Source: Ignavibacteriota bacterium (GTDB lineage: Bacteria > Bacteroidota > Ignavibacteria > UBA10030 > CAVZMI01). From it: a DNA stretch of 64,000 nt. A program made the position numbers and the translations under genes. Below, in pieces: positions 18,202 through 27,679 of the stretch. A model generated the notes under the pieces. It made no database searches. It was not told where the DNA came from and saw only the letters and a list, made by a program, of their open reading frames with translations. Location: NCBI GenBank assembly GCA_963776275.1, contig CAVZMI010000023.1, positions 128,001-192,000 on the forward strand, given 5' to 3'. The stretch's first letter is position 1. Every line of letters begins with the position of its first letter.

Positions 18202-19116
18202 TTGAAGAAAATGAAAATAACTATTCACTTATTTATTCTTTTATTTGTTGTTTCTATATCATTATCGCAAAGCGCATTTGATAAATCGATCAACGAGGCA
18301 AGTGCTGATCTTGCTGAAAAGTTAATACGAAAGAATAAAATGAAAATAGCGGTCGTTTGTGTCACCGAGATAAATAAAGAAGAAACAGTTGTTGGGAAAT
18401 ATATAGCCGATGAAATATCAGTAAACATCGTTAACGGTACCGGGGATTTTGAGGTTTTTGATAGAGAAAGTTTATCTGGAATCACACAAGTAAAAAAATT
18501 AGTTGCAGAAGGCTACATCAACGTTTATAAGGCAAAAGAATTAGGGAAATTATTATCAGTCGAAGCAATTATTATTGGTAATTATACAGTAAAAAATAAT
18601 ACAATAAAGCTCACTTTATCAGCTTACAATTCATATTCTGGATTAGTAATTGCTTCGACCCACAAAGATTTACCTATAGACTCAGATGCCGGAGCATTAC
18701 TAGGTATTAACGTGGAAACAAATGGCAAAAGAAATAATTCTAATCGTGGATTCAATAATCGTCCAATAAATTCAAATGAAGATTATAATAATCCAAGAAC
18801 TGTCAGTCCCGACTGTAAAAAAAATAATACAGGAGATTACTGTTTTACAAATACTATGACGAAGACACCATTTACGGTAATAGTGTACTATCGCGAAAAT
18901 TCAAACGCAGGTCGTACAATGACAGTTCAAGCGGGTCAAACTCAATGTTTCAATAATTTCCCTGCTGGTCCGCATAATTATACTATTACCTATAAAGCAC
19001 AAGTCCCTATCATGAAGTTTCCCCCTGGTGCACCTACGATGGAACAAGATGTAATTTACTTACAAGGTCAAATAAATGTTGAGCAATGCAAATCTAAAAC
19101 ATTTGTTATAAAATGA
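18202..19116 (+). CDS. Secreted FlgO/CsgG-like domain protein
   Basis: Signal peptide; F.VFDRE.L, AKELGKLLSVEAIIIG.Y. Confidence 0.65.
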   Translation: MKKMKITIHLFILLFVVSISLSQSAFDKSINEASADLAEKLIRKNKMKIAVVCVTEINKEETVVGKYIADEISVNIVNGTGDFEVFDRESLSGITQVKKLVAEGYINVYKAKELGKLLSVEAIIIGNYTVKNNTIKLTLSAYNSYSGLVIASTHKDLPIDSDAGALLGINVETNGKRNNSNRGFNNRPINSNEDYNNPRTVSPDCKKNNTGDYCFTNTMTKTPFTVIVYYRENSNAGRTMTVQAGQTQCFNNFPAGPHNYTITYKAQVPIMKFPPGAPTMEQDVIYLQGQINVEQCKSKTFVIK

Positions 19117-19129
19117 AGTTCGCAATCTC

Positions 19130-19317
19130 GCCTATCCATAAAGATAAAGCTAGTATATAATTAAAAAGAGCATAAAAGAAATAAATCAAGCAGAGATTGC
19201 GATCATGTTGAAAAGTTGAGATGTAACGCGAGATTGAATGTACAGTGAATATATTTGTCCCGGATAGTACAAGCCAAGAAATTATCGTCGCCGCAGCTTA
19301 GCGCCCATCCGTTATAC
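19130..19317 (+). repeat. Long attC site (left arm decayed)
   Basis: GCCTATCCATAAGATAAAGCT ... GCCGCAGCTTAGCGCCCATCCGTTATAC. Confidence 0.7.
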
Positions 19318-19345
19318 GGCATTTGTAAAGAAATAGCATTTAAAT

Positions 19346-20821
19346 ATGTCTAAGAAAAATAAAAACCGAAAAAATAAGGGAGGTCGTAGGAACTATTCAA
19401 CACTCCAACAGCATACAAAAGCTGGCAAGAAACTCCTGCCTCCTTTTCTTCAAATTCCCAAATTACAACTCGGTTCTTGGCGAGATGATAGACTTCCAGA
19501 AATGATGTGGGCTGCTTTGATTGTTGGTAATCTAGATAGGGAACAGGCACTGGATACTTTCAGAGCAGTAGCAAATTATATCTCAAGTTTAAAGCAACCA
19601 GCAATTTTGGATGATATAACCCATACTACGCTTTCAAATGTTCCTACAGATATTCTTAAGGGCTTTATAAATGTATTAATCTGGCGACCAGATCAAGCGC
19701 GGATTTTAAGAAGTCTATTATTACTTGAAAATCTTCCTGCTTACACAACGTGGAAAGAACTTCTTCCAGACGATGGTTCACCAATCGATTTTATTCCATT
19801 AATGAATGCAGTTGCTAAAACTCTTGATCATCAATCACAAGAAGCCACTGATTGTAGGTGGATGCGAGTTATTGCTATGATGGCAAGTGGTCTCTTTCAG
19901 CTTCCATCTGAAGAAATGGCTAAGGAATTTGCCTATTATCCTAATGAAGGTGATATGAGAAAGGTTCGTCCATCTATTCGTGCAACGGAAGGAGCATTAT
20001 CGAGTATGGATGAGACTAAACGCGAATGGGCAACTAAGTTTTGGATGGAATGTTGGCAAAAGTCAAATTGTTTCCCTCTAAGAATTGCCAGTGACGACAA
20101 TCCTTCACTAAGTGGAACAACAGAGGATAAGGTAAAAATCGTTTATCAAGAATTAATCAAGCATTTTATGGCAACAAATATTACTACTGCAATTGATATA
20201 AAACACGATGTAGTATTTGGTATAGCTTTTTATTCATTATCTATTTTAAAAGAACTGTTACGCATAGGATCAACTCGTTCCATTCTTGCTCGTTCTGGTT
20301 TGCGTACACTTTTAGAATTATATGTAACCCTTAAGTATCTTGTCAATAAGAATGATCTTGAGTTGTGGAAATCCTTTCGTGTCTTTGGTGCAGGTCAGGC
20401 AAAACTTACTTTTCTAAAACTAGACGAAGATCCCAGTAAGCCGAGTTCAATTAACCTTGATACACTTAATGCGCTTGCGAATGAAGATGTTTGGCAGGAA
20501 TTTTTGCCAATAAATCTTGGCCATTGGGAAAATTCAAATCTTCGAAAAATTAGCATTGAAGCTGGAGTTAAAGATGATTATGACAGGTATTATTCTTGGA
20601 CATCATCATATTCACATGGCCATTGGGGTCCAATAAGAGAAACTGTGTTTGATATTTGTGGAAATCCACTTCACCGTCTTCATCGTATTCCTTTAATTTC
20701 GGCAAAACCTTTGCCTGATGTTATTTCCGATGCGTGTTATTTTTCAGATAAAATTCTCGATATTTTAAATTTAGTCTATCCTAATTTTCAACATAAGGTG
20801 AGCATAACAAATGCCGTATAA
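19346..20821 (+). CDS. DUF5677-like (HEPN-related) protein, integron cassette gene
   Basis: R.LLE....L.YL and Y...S.YSHG.W motifs; stop codon lies inside R''. Confidence 0.65.
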   Translation: MSKKNKNRKNKGGRRNYSTLQQHTKAGKKLLPPFLQIPKLQLGSWRDDRLPEMMWAALIVGNLDREQALDTFRAVANYISSLKQPAILDDITHTTLSNVPTDILKGFINVLIWRPDQARILRSLLLLENLPAYTTWKELLPDDGSPIDFIPLMNAVAKTLDHQSQEATDCRWMRVIAMMASGLFQLPSEEMAKEFAYYPNEGDMRKVRPSIRATEGALSSMDETKREWATKFWMECWQKSNCFPLRIASDDNPSLSGTTEDKVKIVYQELIKHFMATNITTAIDIKHDVVFGIAFYSLSILKELLRIGSTRSILARSGLRTLLELYVTLKYLVNKNDLELWKSFRVFGAGQAKLTFLKLDEDPSKPSSINLDTLNALANEDVWQEFLPINLGHWENSNLRKISIEAGVKDDYDRYYSWTSSYSHGHWGPIRETVFDICGNPLHRLHRIPLISAKPLPDVISDACYFSDKILDILNLVYPNFQHKVSITNAV

Positions 20822-21012
20822 CCAGCGGCTCAAGCTTACCGGATGAGCGTGAGTACTTTACGCATGGCTTGTGGTGGGTTTCAGTTTTCATTATAACGTT
20901 CTTTATACATCATGACTTTTGTGTAATTAATTATGTTATCAGAATGAATCTGGTTTCGTTTAGTACAATTTGAAAGTTATCAGTGCCGCAGCTTAGCCGT
21001 CATCCTTTAGGC
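20813..21012 (+). repeat. Long attC site (~200 bp), best preserved copy
   Basis: R'' GCCGTATAAC-CAGCGG-CTCAAGCT ... AGCTTAG-CCGTCATCC-TTTAGGC (R' has G>T); ACAAATGCCGTATAAC is the exact reverse complement of GTTATACGGCATTTGT at 19311. Confidence 0.85.
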
Positions 21013-21026
21013 GAACCCGGAGGATA

Positions 21027-21503
21027 TTGTACCATATGGATGAGTCATATTTCAACAAACAAGTAACACTAATTCGAACCATCGTCGGCGCTGTTCTGGC
21101 CCTTGCCTCGTTACTTTTCTTATGGAAAGGCATTTCTGGTATAGGTGAGATCGGATTGGATTTCCAATTCTTCAGTGGTAAATTCTCTACGACATCTGCT
21201 GGTTTTGCTTTATTATTTGCTGGAGTGATTCTTCTCTTACCACGTCGGCTTCCACAGGATGGTCGAACTAATGAACGACGTAGTCTTGGTCAAATGGCTA
21301 TCGGAATATTGTTCTATATTTTTATAGGTTTACTTCCAGTCATTGGCTGGATAGGCATTATAATTTATCTACACTATAATAGTCCTGATGATATAAAGAA
21401 TATCTCTGTGTTGGGAGCGTACGCTATAATGAGCGAGGTCCCACTTTTTTTCTGGGTAGTTCAGCAAGTGTCTAAACTTCTTCAAAGCGGGACAAAGAAA
21501 TAA
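21027..21503 (+). CDS. Hypothetical 4-TM membrane protein
   Basis: GGAGG RBS; four hydrophobic segments. Confidence 0.65.
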   Translation: MYHMDESYFNKQVTLIRTIVGAVLALASLLFLWKGISGIGEIGLDFQFFSGKFSTTSAGFALLFAGVILLLPRRLPQDGRTNERRSLGQMAIGILFYIFIGLLPVIGWIGIIIYLHYNSPDDIKNISVLGAYAIMSEVPLFFWVVQQVSKLLQSGTKK

Positions 21504-21578
21504 TAATTCTCAAAATTCAGTCGAACTGGAAACTAATAGTTGCAGTCTAACTAACAGGTGTTCAAGGGAGGCAAAGTC

Positions 21579-22025
21579 ATGGCAGGATATATCTGGCAAT
21601 GCTCGCACTGTAAGCTAAAAGCTTCGTTCCCTGAGATGCAAGCACAAAGAGGCATAGTTACGTTTATCTGGCGTACGCTACTGCCCTCGAATTGGGACCA
21701 CAATCTTCTTGTGCGTGACTGTCTCAAGTGTAAGAGACGAGAGATGAGAATCACATTTGAATTTCCACGACAGCAGGATCCAGAATTGTTACAAATCAAG
21801 CAGATTGTTGGCATCTCTCCCAATGGAGGTGACTATTTGCCAATGATGTGGGAGTCATTTCCAGTTGGTCATATTGATCAAAGCTGGTTTAGTTTCAACT
21901 ACGTCAGACTTGTTGACGGAAAAATGAATTCCTGGGGACTTAACAAAGCCGCAGTATTTGATAGAGATGAATTTCGTAAGATAGTACAGATTTATGAACA
22001 AAGCACTGGCCGCACATTCCAGTGA
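21579..22025 (+). CDS. Hypothetical Zn-binding protein
   Basis: GGAGG RBS; CSHC...CLKC. Confidence 0.65.
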   Translation: MAGYIWQCSHCKLKASFPEMQAQRGIVTFIWRTLLPSNWDHNLLVRDCLKCKRREMRITFEFPRQQDPELLQIKQIVGISPNGGDYLPMMWESFPVGHIDQSWFSFNYVRLVDGKMNSWGLNKAAVFDRDEFRKIVQIYEQSTGRTFQ

Positions 22026-22135
22026 TTTCTATGGTACACTAATTAGTTGCTCATGCTGACGAATGTGGACTGCTGGGTCGCTCATACTACATTAGCAAAA
22101 GTCAAATATATCATTATTTCATATAAGGAGAAAAG

Positions 22136-22624
22136 ATGAGAGCATTTATTAGTTATAGTACAAAAGATCTTGATCTGGTCAACCAGATAGCTAATAGAAT
22201 CAACGGCCTCATCCAAGGTGTGAAATATTGGGACAAATCTAAGGAACCTGGAGAGCATGCTTGGAATAAAATTCACAGTTGGATTGATGAAGCGGATATT
22301 GTTTTTGTGTTGATTACAGGAAACACGGTTGAACGAGGAATATCCGTTGGAATGGAAGTCGGCCGAGCAAAAAAGGCGGATAAGTTAATTATCCCCATCG
22401 TTTCGAAAGATATTCTAAATACAGAGTTAGGTTTCTTATCTGAGATCGCCTACCAGCCCATCGATCTCAAGAATCCCATAGTGGCATTGGATGAAATCGA
22501 AAAAGCGCTCAGAATGAGAGTTGTTGCGAATCAAATGTTAGAGGAACAGAAAAAAAATATTCAGAATATATTCGTAATTATAGCGATCTTATGTATCATT
22601 ATCGCAATACTATCAAAAGAGTAA
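22136..22624 (+). CDS. TIR-domain protein with a C-terminal TM helix
   Basis: AFISYS..D, MEVG.A (catalytic Glu position), IIPI; hydrophobic C-terminus. Confidence 0.8.
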   Translation: MRAFISYSTKDLDLVNQIANRINGLIQGVKYWDKSKEPGEHAWNKIHSWIDEADIVFVLITGNTVERGISVGMEVGRAKKADKLIIPIVSKDILNTELGFLSEIAYQPIDLKNPIVALDEIEKALRMRVVANQMLEEQKKNIQNIFVIIAILCIIIAILSKE

Positions 22625-22698
22625 TATTGCAAACCTTAACAAATCGTGAAACATTCTTAAGGAGAAAAAATGGGCTACTGGATATATGGTTTCTTTCT

Positions 22699-22779
22699 TG
22701 ACCAGCCCCAAAAGTGATCCAAAGTATGTTATGGATCAAAGGAGGTAGCGATGGGCAGTTAAGCGGCCATCCGTTAGGT
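22699..22779 (+). mobile_element. Repeat A copy 4 (IS3 left end) fused to an attC right end (R' GTTAGGT at 22773)
   Basis: TGACCAGCCCCAAAAGTGATCC...AAGGAGGTAGCGATGGGCAG-TTAAGCGGCCATCCGTTAGGT. Confidence 0.7.
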
Positions 22780-22883
22780 GTTCAGATGGAATGTTATATT
22801 GAAGAAACACGCATCAAGGTTGTTATGAAGAAACGATATAAACACTAGTTAGACGGCAGCTGCCTGCAATACGAGGCTCACTT

Positions 22884-23810
22884 ATGATTCTTTATAAGTT
22901 TACATCTGCTCAACGTGGTATAGATATTCTTAGTAGTAATTCTATTCGTTTTTCTCAACTTGAGGTGCTTAATGATCCTTTCGAATCCTTCCCACCAGTT
23001 GAAGGTTTCATTACAAGAGAATTCGCATTTAAGATATTCGATTTCGCTTTGAGTAATGAAGATATGTTGAATAGCCTCATCGAGAAATCCCTTAAACGGA
23101 TGTATAACGACCTCTCTTATGCACAGAAAGCTCTCTTGGATTTCTACAATTATAAGATAATTGCTAAAAAGATTGTTGACGCTGAAATAGCAAAGAGGAA
23201 TACCACAATGGTAGACCTTCTTCGAACATTTCTTGAAACGAACTATGAGGCTTTTCTTTCAACAGTGAAACAACAGATTAATGTCTTATTAACAAAAAAC
23301 ATCTGTGTGCTAAGTCTTAGTACTGCAAAATCAAACCATCAAATGTGGTCACATTACGCAGATTCCCACAAAGGCATTGCTATCGGTTTTAATTCGAACG
23401 ATCCTTTTTTCTCTAAAGCCTTAGAAGTCCAATATCGAACCGAAAGACCAAAGATAAATCTCTTCCCAATTCCCGAAGAGGAACAAGAAAAACTAAAGCT
23501 TACAAAAGCCATTATGGCTACAAAGAATATAACTTGGCATTACGAAGAGGAATATAGACTTCTCAATGCAGCTGATTTGCTACAAAAAGATTCCGCGAAT
23601 GATCCGGATGGATTTCCGATCTTTGTGGCATCTTTTCCCGTCCAGTCTGTGCAGCATGTCATTTTCGGATGCAACACACCAGAAAATTATAGGAAAAAAG
23701 TGATCGAAATTGTCGTAGCCAAATACCCCGCCGCCAGATTAAGCGATGCTATCTTGGATACCCAGACTTTTCAAATCAATTTTAAGCCGTTAAATATGAC
23801 TGCGGATTAA
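22884..23810 (+). CDS. DUF2971 domain protein
   Basis: LYKF, LNDPFE, MWSHYADSHKGIAIGF, K...W.YEEEYR; followed by R''-like TAACCAGTCGTTC. Confidence 0.8.
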   Translation: MILYKFTSAQRGIDILSSNSIRFSQLEVLNDPFESFPPVEGFITREFAFKIFDFALSNEDMLNSLIEKSLKRMYNDLSYAQKALLDFYNYKIIAKKIVDAEIAKRNTTMVDLLRTFLETNYEAFLSTVKQQINVLLTKNICVLSLSTAKSNHQMWSHYADSHKGIAIGFNSNDPFFSKALEVQYRTERPKINLFPIPEEEQEKLKLTKAIMATKNITWHYEEEYRLLNAADLLQKDSANDPDGFPIFVASFPVQSVQHVIFGCNTPENYRKKVIEIVVAKYPAARLSDAILDTQTFQINFKPLNMTAD

Positions 23811-23940
23811 CCAGTCGTTCCCCGCTTATAAGCATATCAGGGCAAACGTTGTATTAAACTCAGCTCTTCTTGACAATCTCACCGCCTCTTCGTACAATAC
23901 ACGCATGAATTCTTCTCATTAATCAGCAAGGAATCCGACA

Positions 23941-26900
23941 TTGTCTGCCCCCGACACGATACTCCGCCTCATTGACCGGTTCGACCGGAATAAAGATGAA
24001 TATAAAAATCCGGGCTATAACGAAACTCAGCTCCGCCGCGAGTTCCTCGATCCATTCTTCGGAGCACTCGGATGGGATGTGGAAAATAAACAGGGATACG
24101 CCGAAGCGTACAAAGAGGTTGTCCACGAAGACGCCATCAAAGTCGGCAGTGCCACAAAAGCACCTGATTATTCTTTCCGAATAGGCGGCATGCGAAAATT
24201 TTTTGTCGAAGCCAAAAAACCTTACACAAATCTCAAAGAGGATGTAAGTCCGGCCTTCCAGCTACGCCGTTATGCCTGGTCTGCAAAACTACCGTTGAGT
24301 ATTTTGACTGACTTTGAAGAATTCGTCGTTTATGACTGCCGTATTAAGCCAGTTCATACCGATAAATCTTCGACCGCGAGGACATTGTATCTTCCGTACA
24401 CCGATTATGAAAGACAGTGGGATGAGATATACAATATTTTCTCGCATGAAGCGGTTCTCAAAGGTTCGTTCGATAAATATGCCGAGACGAACAGGCTTAA
24501 AAAGGGAACTGCCGAAGTCGATGATGCCTTCCTGAAAGAGATAGAATCGTGGCGCGATACGCTTGCACGTACAATTGCACTGCGCAATACAAAACTCACA
24601 CAGCGTGAATTGAACTTTGCAGTCCAGCGCACAATAGACCGTATTATATTTCTCAGAATCTGTGAAGATCGCGGAGTTGAAACGTACGGCACACTCATGG
24701 CTCTTCAAAACGGCGAGCGGGTTTATAAAAAGCTGTGCGAGATTTTCTATCGTGCCGACGAGAAGTATAACTCCGGACTTTTCCATTTCCAGCAAGAGAA
24801 AGGACGCCCCGAAACCCCGGATGAGCTGACACTTACGCTCGATATCGACGATAAACCGCTAAAAGAAATTATAAAAGGACTTTATTACCCCGATAGTCCG
24901 TACGAGTTCTCTGTTCTACCGGCCGATATACTCGGACAAGTGTACGAACAATTCTTGGGCAAAGTAATTCGCCTTACTGAGGGGCATCGTGCTGTTGTTG
25001 AAGATAAACCAGAAGTGAAAAAAGCCGGTGGTGTATATTACACACCGACGTACATCGTAGAGTATATTGTGAAGAATACGGTGGGGAAACTGCTCGAAGG
25101 TAAAACTCCAAATCAAGTTACTAAACTGCATATACTCGATCCCGCATGCGGTTCAGGTTCATTCCTCATTGGGGCATATCAGCATTTACTCGACTGGCAC
25201 CGTGATTGGTACGTGAAAGATGGAATTGACAAATGGACACAGGGACGCAAGGCCACGCTTTATCAAGGACAGGGGGGCGACTGGCGGCTTACAACTTCGG
25301 AGCGGAAACGTATTCTTCTGAACAATATTTATGGCGTTGATATTGATACTCAGGCAGTTGAAGTGACAAAGCTTTCGCTTCTGCTTAAAGTTTTAGAAGG
25401 AGAAAATGAACAGACGCTGTCATCCCAGCTAAAATTATTCCACGAACGAGCGCTTCCCGATCTTGGTGACAATATCAAATGCGGTAATTCGCTTATCGGT
25501 CCGGATTTTTATGATGGACAACAACTATCTCTCTTAGATGGAGTAGAGCGGCTGCGGATTAACGCATTCGACTGGAATAAAGAATTTGCCGAGATAATGA
25601 AGGGTGGTGGGTTTGATACGGTAATTGGGAATCCGCCATATATACGTATGTTAATAGTAGATAAATCCGAATTAGTTTACATGAGTAATAAATATTCATC
25701 AGCTACCGGCCATTTTGATATTTATGTATTGTTCATAGAGAAAACCAGAATTCTTGTGAAGCATAATGGTCGGGTCGGCATGATAGTTCCATCAAAATTT
25801 TTACAAGCAAATTATGGTCGTGGTCTGAAAGATATCTTATTAAGAGATAAACATTTGGAATCATTTGTTGACTTTAAGGATTATCAAATTTTTAAAAATG
25901 CTTCCACTTATACTTGTGTGCCAATTTTTGATTATTCAAACGCATATGATAATATTACAATTATTACTCCGAAAGATAATAGGTCGGTAGCATTAATCAA
26001 TGATACAAAAAATATCAACGATAACTATTTTCTATATGATTCAGCTCTTGAATCGATTACTTTTAATTTAGGTACATTTCAGAAACAGGAATTAAGAGAC
26101 ATCGAAAATAGATTATCTCACTTGGGAATTACTACACTAGAAGATTGTTGTGAAAAAATCTTTCAAGGTTTAGCGACAACAGCTGATCCGGTATTTACAT
26201 TCGATTTAGTAAAAGAGAAAAAATCAACATATATAGGTTTTTCAAAATCTATAGGTGCTAATTTTGAGGTAGAAAAAAATATCTGCAAGAAATTAGCAAA
26301 AGGGTCAGATATTAAGCGATACCGATTGATCAGCCCGTCAAAATATTTCATCTTCCCATACATCATTGCAAATGATAAAGCAAATGTAATTCAATATGAT
26401 GAAATGAAGAATAATTATCCTCTAGCGTTATCTTATCTTAAAATGAATAAAGATCTGTTGGATAAAAGAGAACATGGGAAAATGATCGTAAGAAAAGATT
26501 GGTACGCCTATTCGCAAGAACATAATCTCAATTATTTTGAAAGAGAAAAAATAATAACGCAAGTATTGGCAAAAAGAGCCTCTTTTACAATTGATAAAGA
26601 AAAGGATATATATTTTGTGGGTGGAGGTAATGCAGGAGGGTATGCTATTGTTCCTAAACGACTAGAGATGATTAAGTACTACCTCGCTTTACTGAATTCT
26701 AGATTGTTTGATTATCTTTTGCAGAGCAGAAGTAGTCGCTTTAGGGGTGGTTACTATTCATATGCACGTAGGTTCATAGGTGTCCTTCCAATACTGGAAA
26801 CACAATCACAGATTCAAGATTCTTTCACCTCACTCGTAGATAAAATAATGGGTCTAAATAGGGAATTCGGGTATTCTAAAAATCCACATGACAATACATT

Positions 26901-27024
26901 TGTCATAAAAGAAATTGATGCGATTGAGAAACAGATTGACACTCTGGTGTACGAGCTTTACGGATTGACTGAGAAAGAGATAAAGATTGTGGAGGGGGAA
27001 GGGCAAAAGATAATTAAAAATTAA
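23941..27024 (+). CDS. Type IIG restriction-modification enzyme (Eco57I/TaqI-like REase-MTase-TRD)
   Basis: PDY...FVEAKKP nuclease, GVYYTP, LDPACGSG, GNPPY, C-terminal VYELYGLT..EI.IVE. Confidence 0.9.
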   Translation: MSAPDTILRLIDRFDRNKDEYKNPGYNETQLRREFLDPFFGALGWDVENKQGYAEAYKEVVHEDAIKVGSATKAPDYSFRIGGMRKFFVEAKKPYTNLKEDVSPAFQLRRYAWSAKLPLSILTDFEEFVVYDCRIKPVHTDKSSTARTLYLPYTDYERQWDEIYNIFSHEAVLKGSFDKYAETNRLKKGTAEVDDAFLKEIESWRDTLARTIALRNTKLTQRELNFAVQRTIDRIIFLRICEDRGVETYGTLMALQNGERVYKKLCEIFYRADEKYNSGLFHFQQEKGRPETPDELTLTLDIDDKPLKEIIKGLYYPDSPYEFSVLPADILGQVYEQFLGKVIRLTEGHRAVVEDKPEVKKAGGVYYTPTYIVEYIVKNTVGKLLEGKTPNQVTKLHILDPACGSGSFLIGAYQHLLDWHRDWYVKDGIDKWTQGRKATLYQGQGGDWRLTTSERKRILLNNIYGVDIDTQAVEVTKLSLLLKVLEGENEQTLSSQLKLFHERALPDLGDNIKCGNSLIGPDFYDGQQLSLLDGVERLRINAFDWNKEFAEIMKGGGFDTVIGNPPYIRMLIVDKSELVYMSNKYSSATGHFDIYVLFIEKTRILVKHNGRVGMIVPSKFLQANYGRGLKDILLRDKHLESFVDFKDYQIFKNASTYTCVPIFDYSNAYDNITIITPKDNRSVALINDTKNINDNYFLYDSALESITFNLGTFQKQELRDIENRLSHLGITTLEDCCEKIFQGLATTADPVFTFDLVKEKKSTYIGFSKSIGANFEVEKNICKKLAKGSDIKRYRLISPSKYFIFPYIIANDKANVIQYDEMKNNYPLALSYLKMNKDLLDKREHGKMIVRKDWYAYSQEHNLNYFEREKIITQVLAKRASFTIDKEKDIYFVGGGNAGGYAIVPKRLEMIKYYLALLNSRLFDYLLQSRSSRFRGGYYSYARRFIGVLPILETQSQIQDSFTSLVDKIMGLNREFGYSKNPHDNTFVIKEIDAIEKQIDTLVYELYGLTEKEIKIVEGEGQKIIKN

Positions 27025-27056
27025 CCCTTCGACTCCCCGCCTACGGCGGGTCGCTC
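27025..27056. repeat. REP-like element CCCTTCGACT..CCCGCCTACGGCGGG..CGCTC
   Basis: Same nested family as repeat B. Confidence 0.6.
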
Positions 27057-27222
27057 GACGGAGTCGTACTTTAGTGCAGGGCAAGAATTAAAAAGGAAAA
27101 AGAGGAAAGCGGATAAATAAAAGAGCTCGGCGGTAATCGTGCCCCGGCAGTCCCGACGAGAGGAGGGACTCCAGTACTTTAGTGTTTGGGGTGCGTAGAA
27201 TAAATTTAAATGCGTTTTATTT

Positions 27223-27300
27223 AACGCAGGCTGAAGCCTGCGGCTACCGTCTCGCCAATAATAAAAAGCATCGGCGGTAGGCGCACCCCTTGGGGTGCGT
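27223..27300. repeat. GTAG REP pair, left flank of the second RAYT
   Basis: ACGCAGGCTGAAGCCTGCGGCTAC ... GTAGGCGCACCCCTTGGGGTGCG. Confidence 0.8.
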
Positions 27301-27326
27301 GGAATTGGTATATACTCTTTGAAGGA

Positions 27327-27665
27327 ATGCTTCTAAACGAGGCAAACAAAAAAGGATGCAATTTAGATGCCTATATCTTTATGCCCGATCATTGCCATAT
27401 CTTGCTTTCGGGGAAAGATGTCCAATCCGATTGTCTGCGAACAATCATTGCTTTCAAACAGCGAACGGGATATTGGTTATCGAGAAACAAGCCGGCTATC
27501 AGATGGCAGAAAGATTTTTATGACCATATCTTGAGAGAGGAAGAGGATCTTCAGAAACACATATTATATATTTTAAATAATCCGATGAGAAACGATCTTG
27601 TTCAAGATTGGAAACAATATCCGTTCAAAGGATCGACAGTATATAATTTTGAGGGATTTGAATAG
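27327..27665 (+). pseudogene. 5'-truncated RAYT (Y1 transposase)
   Basis: YIFMPDHCH (HUH), WQKDFYDHILR, YILNNP; N-terminal strand missing. Confidence 0.8.
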
Positions 27666-27679
27666 AATATAGCTTATTC

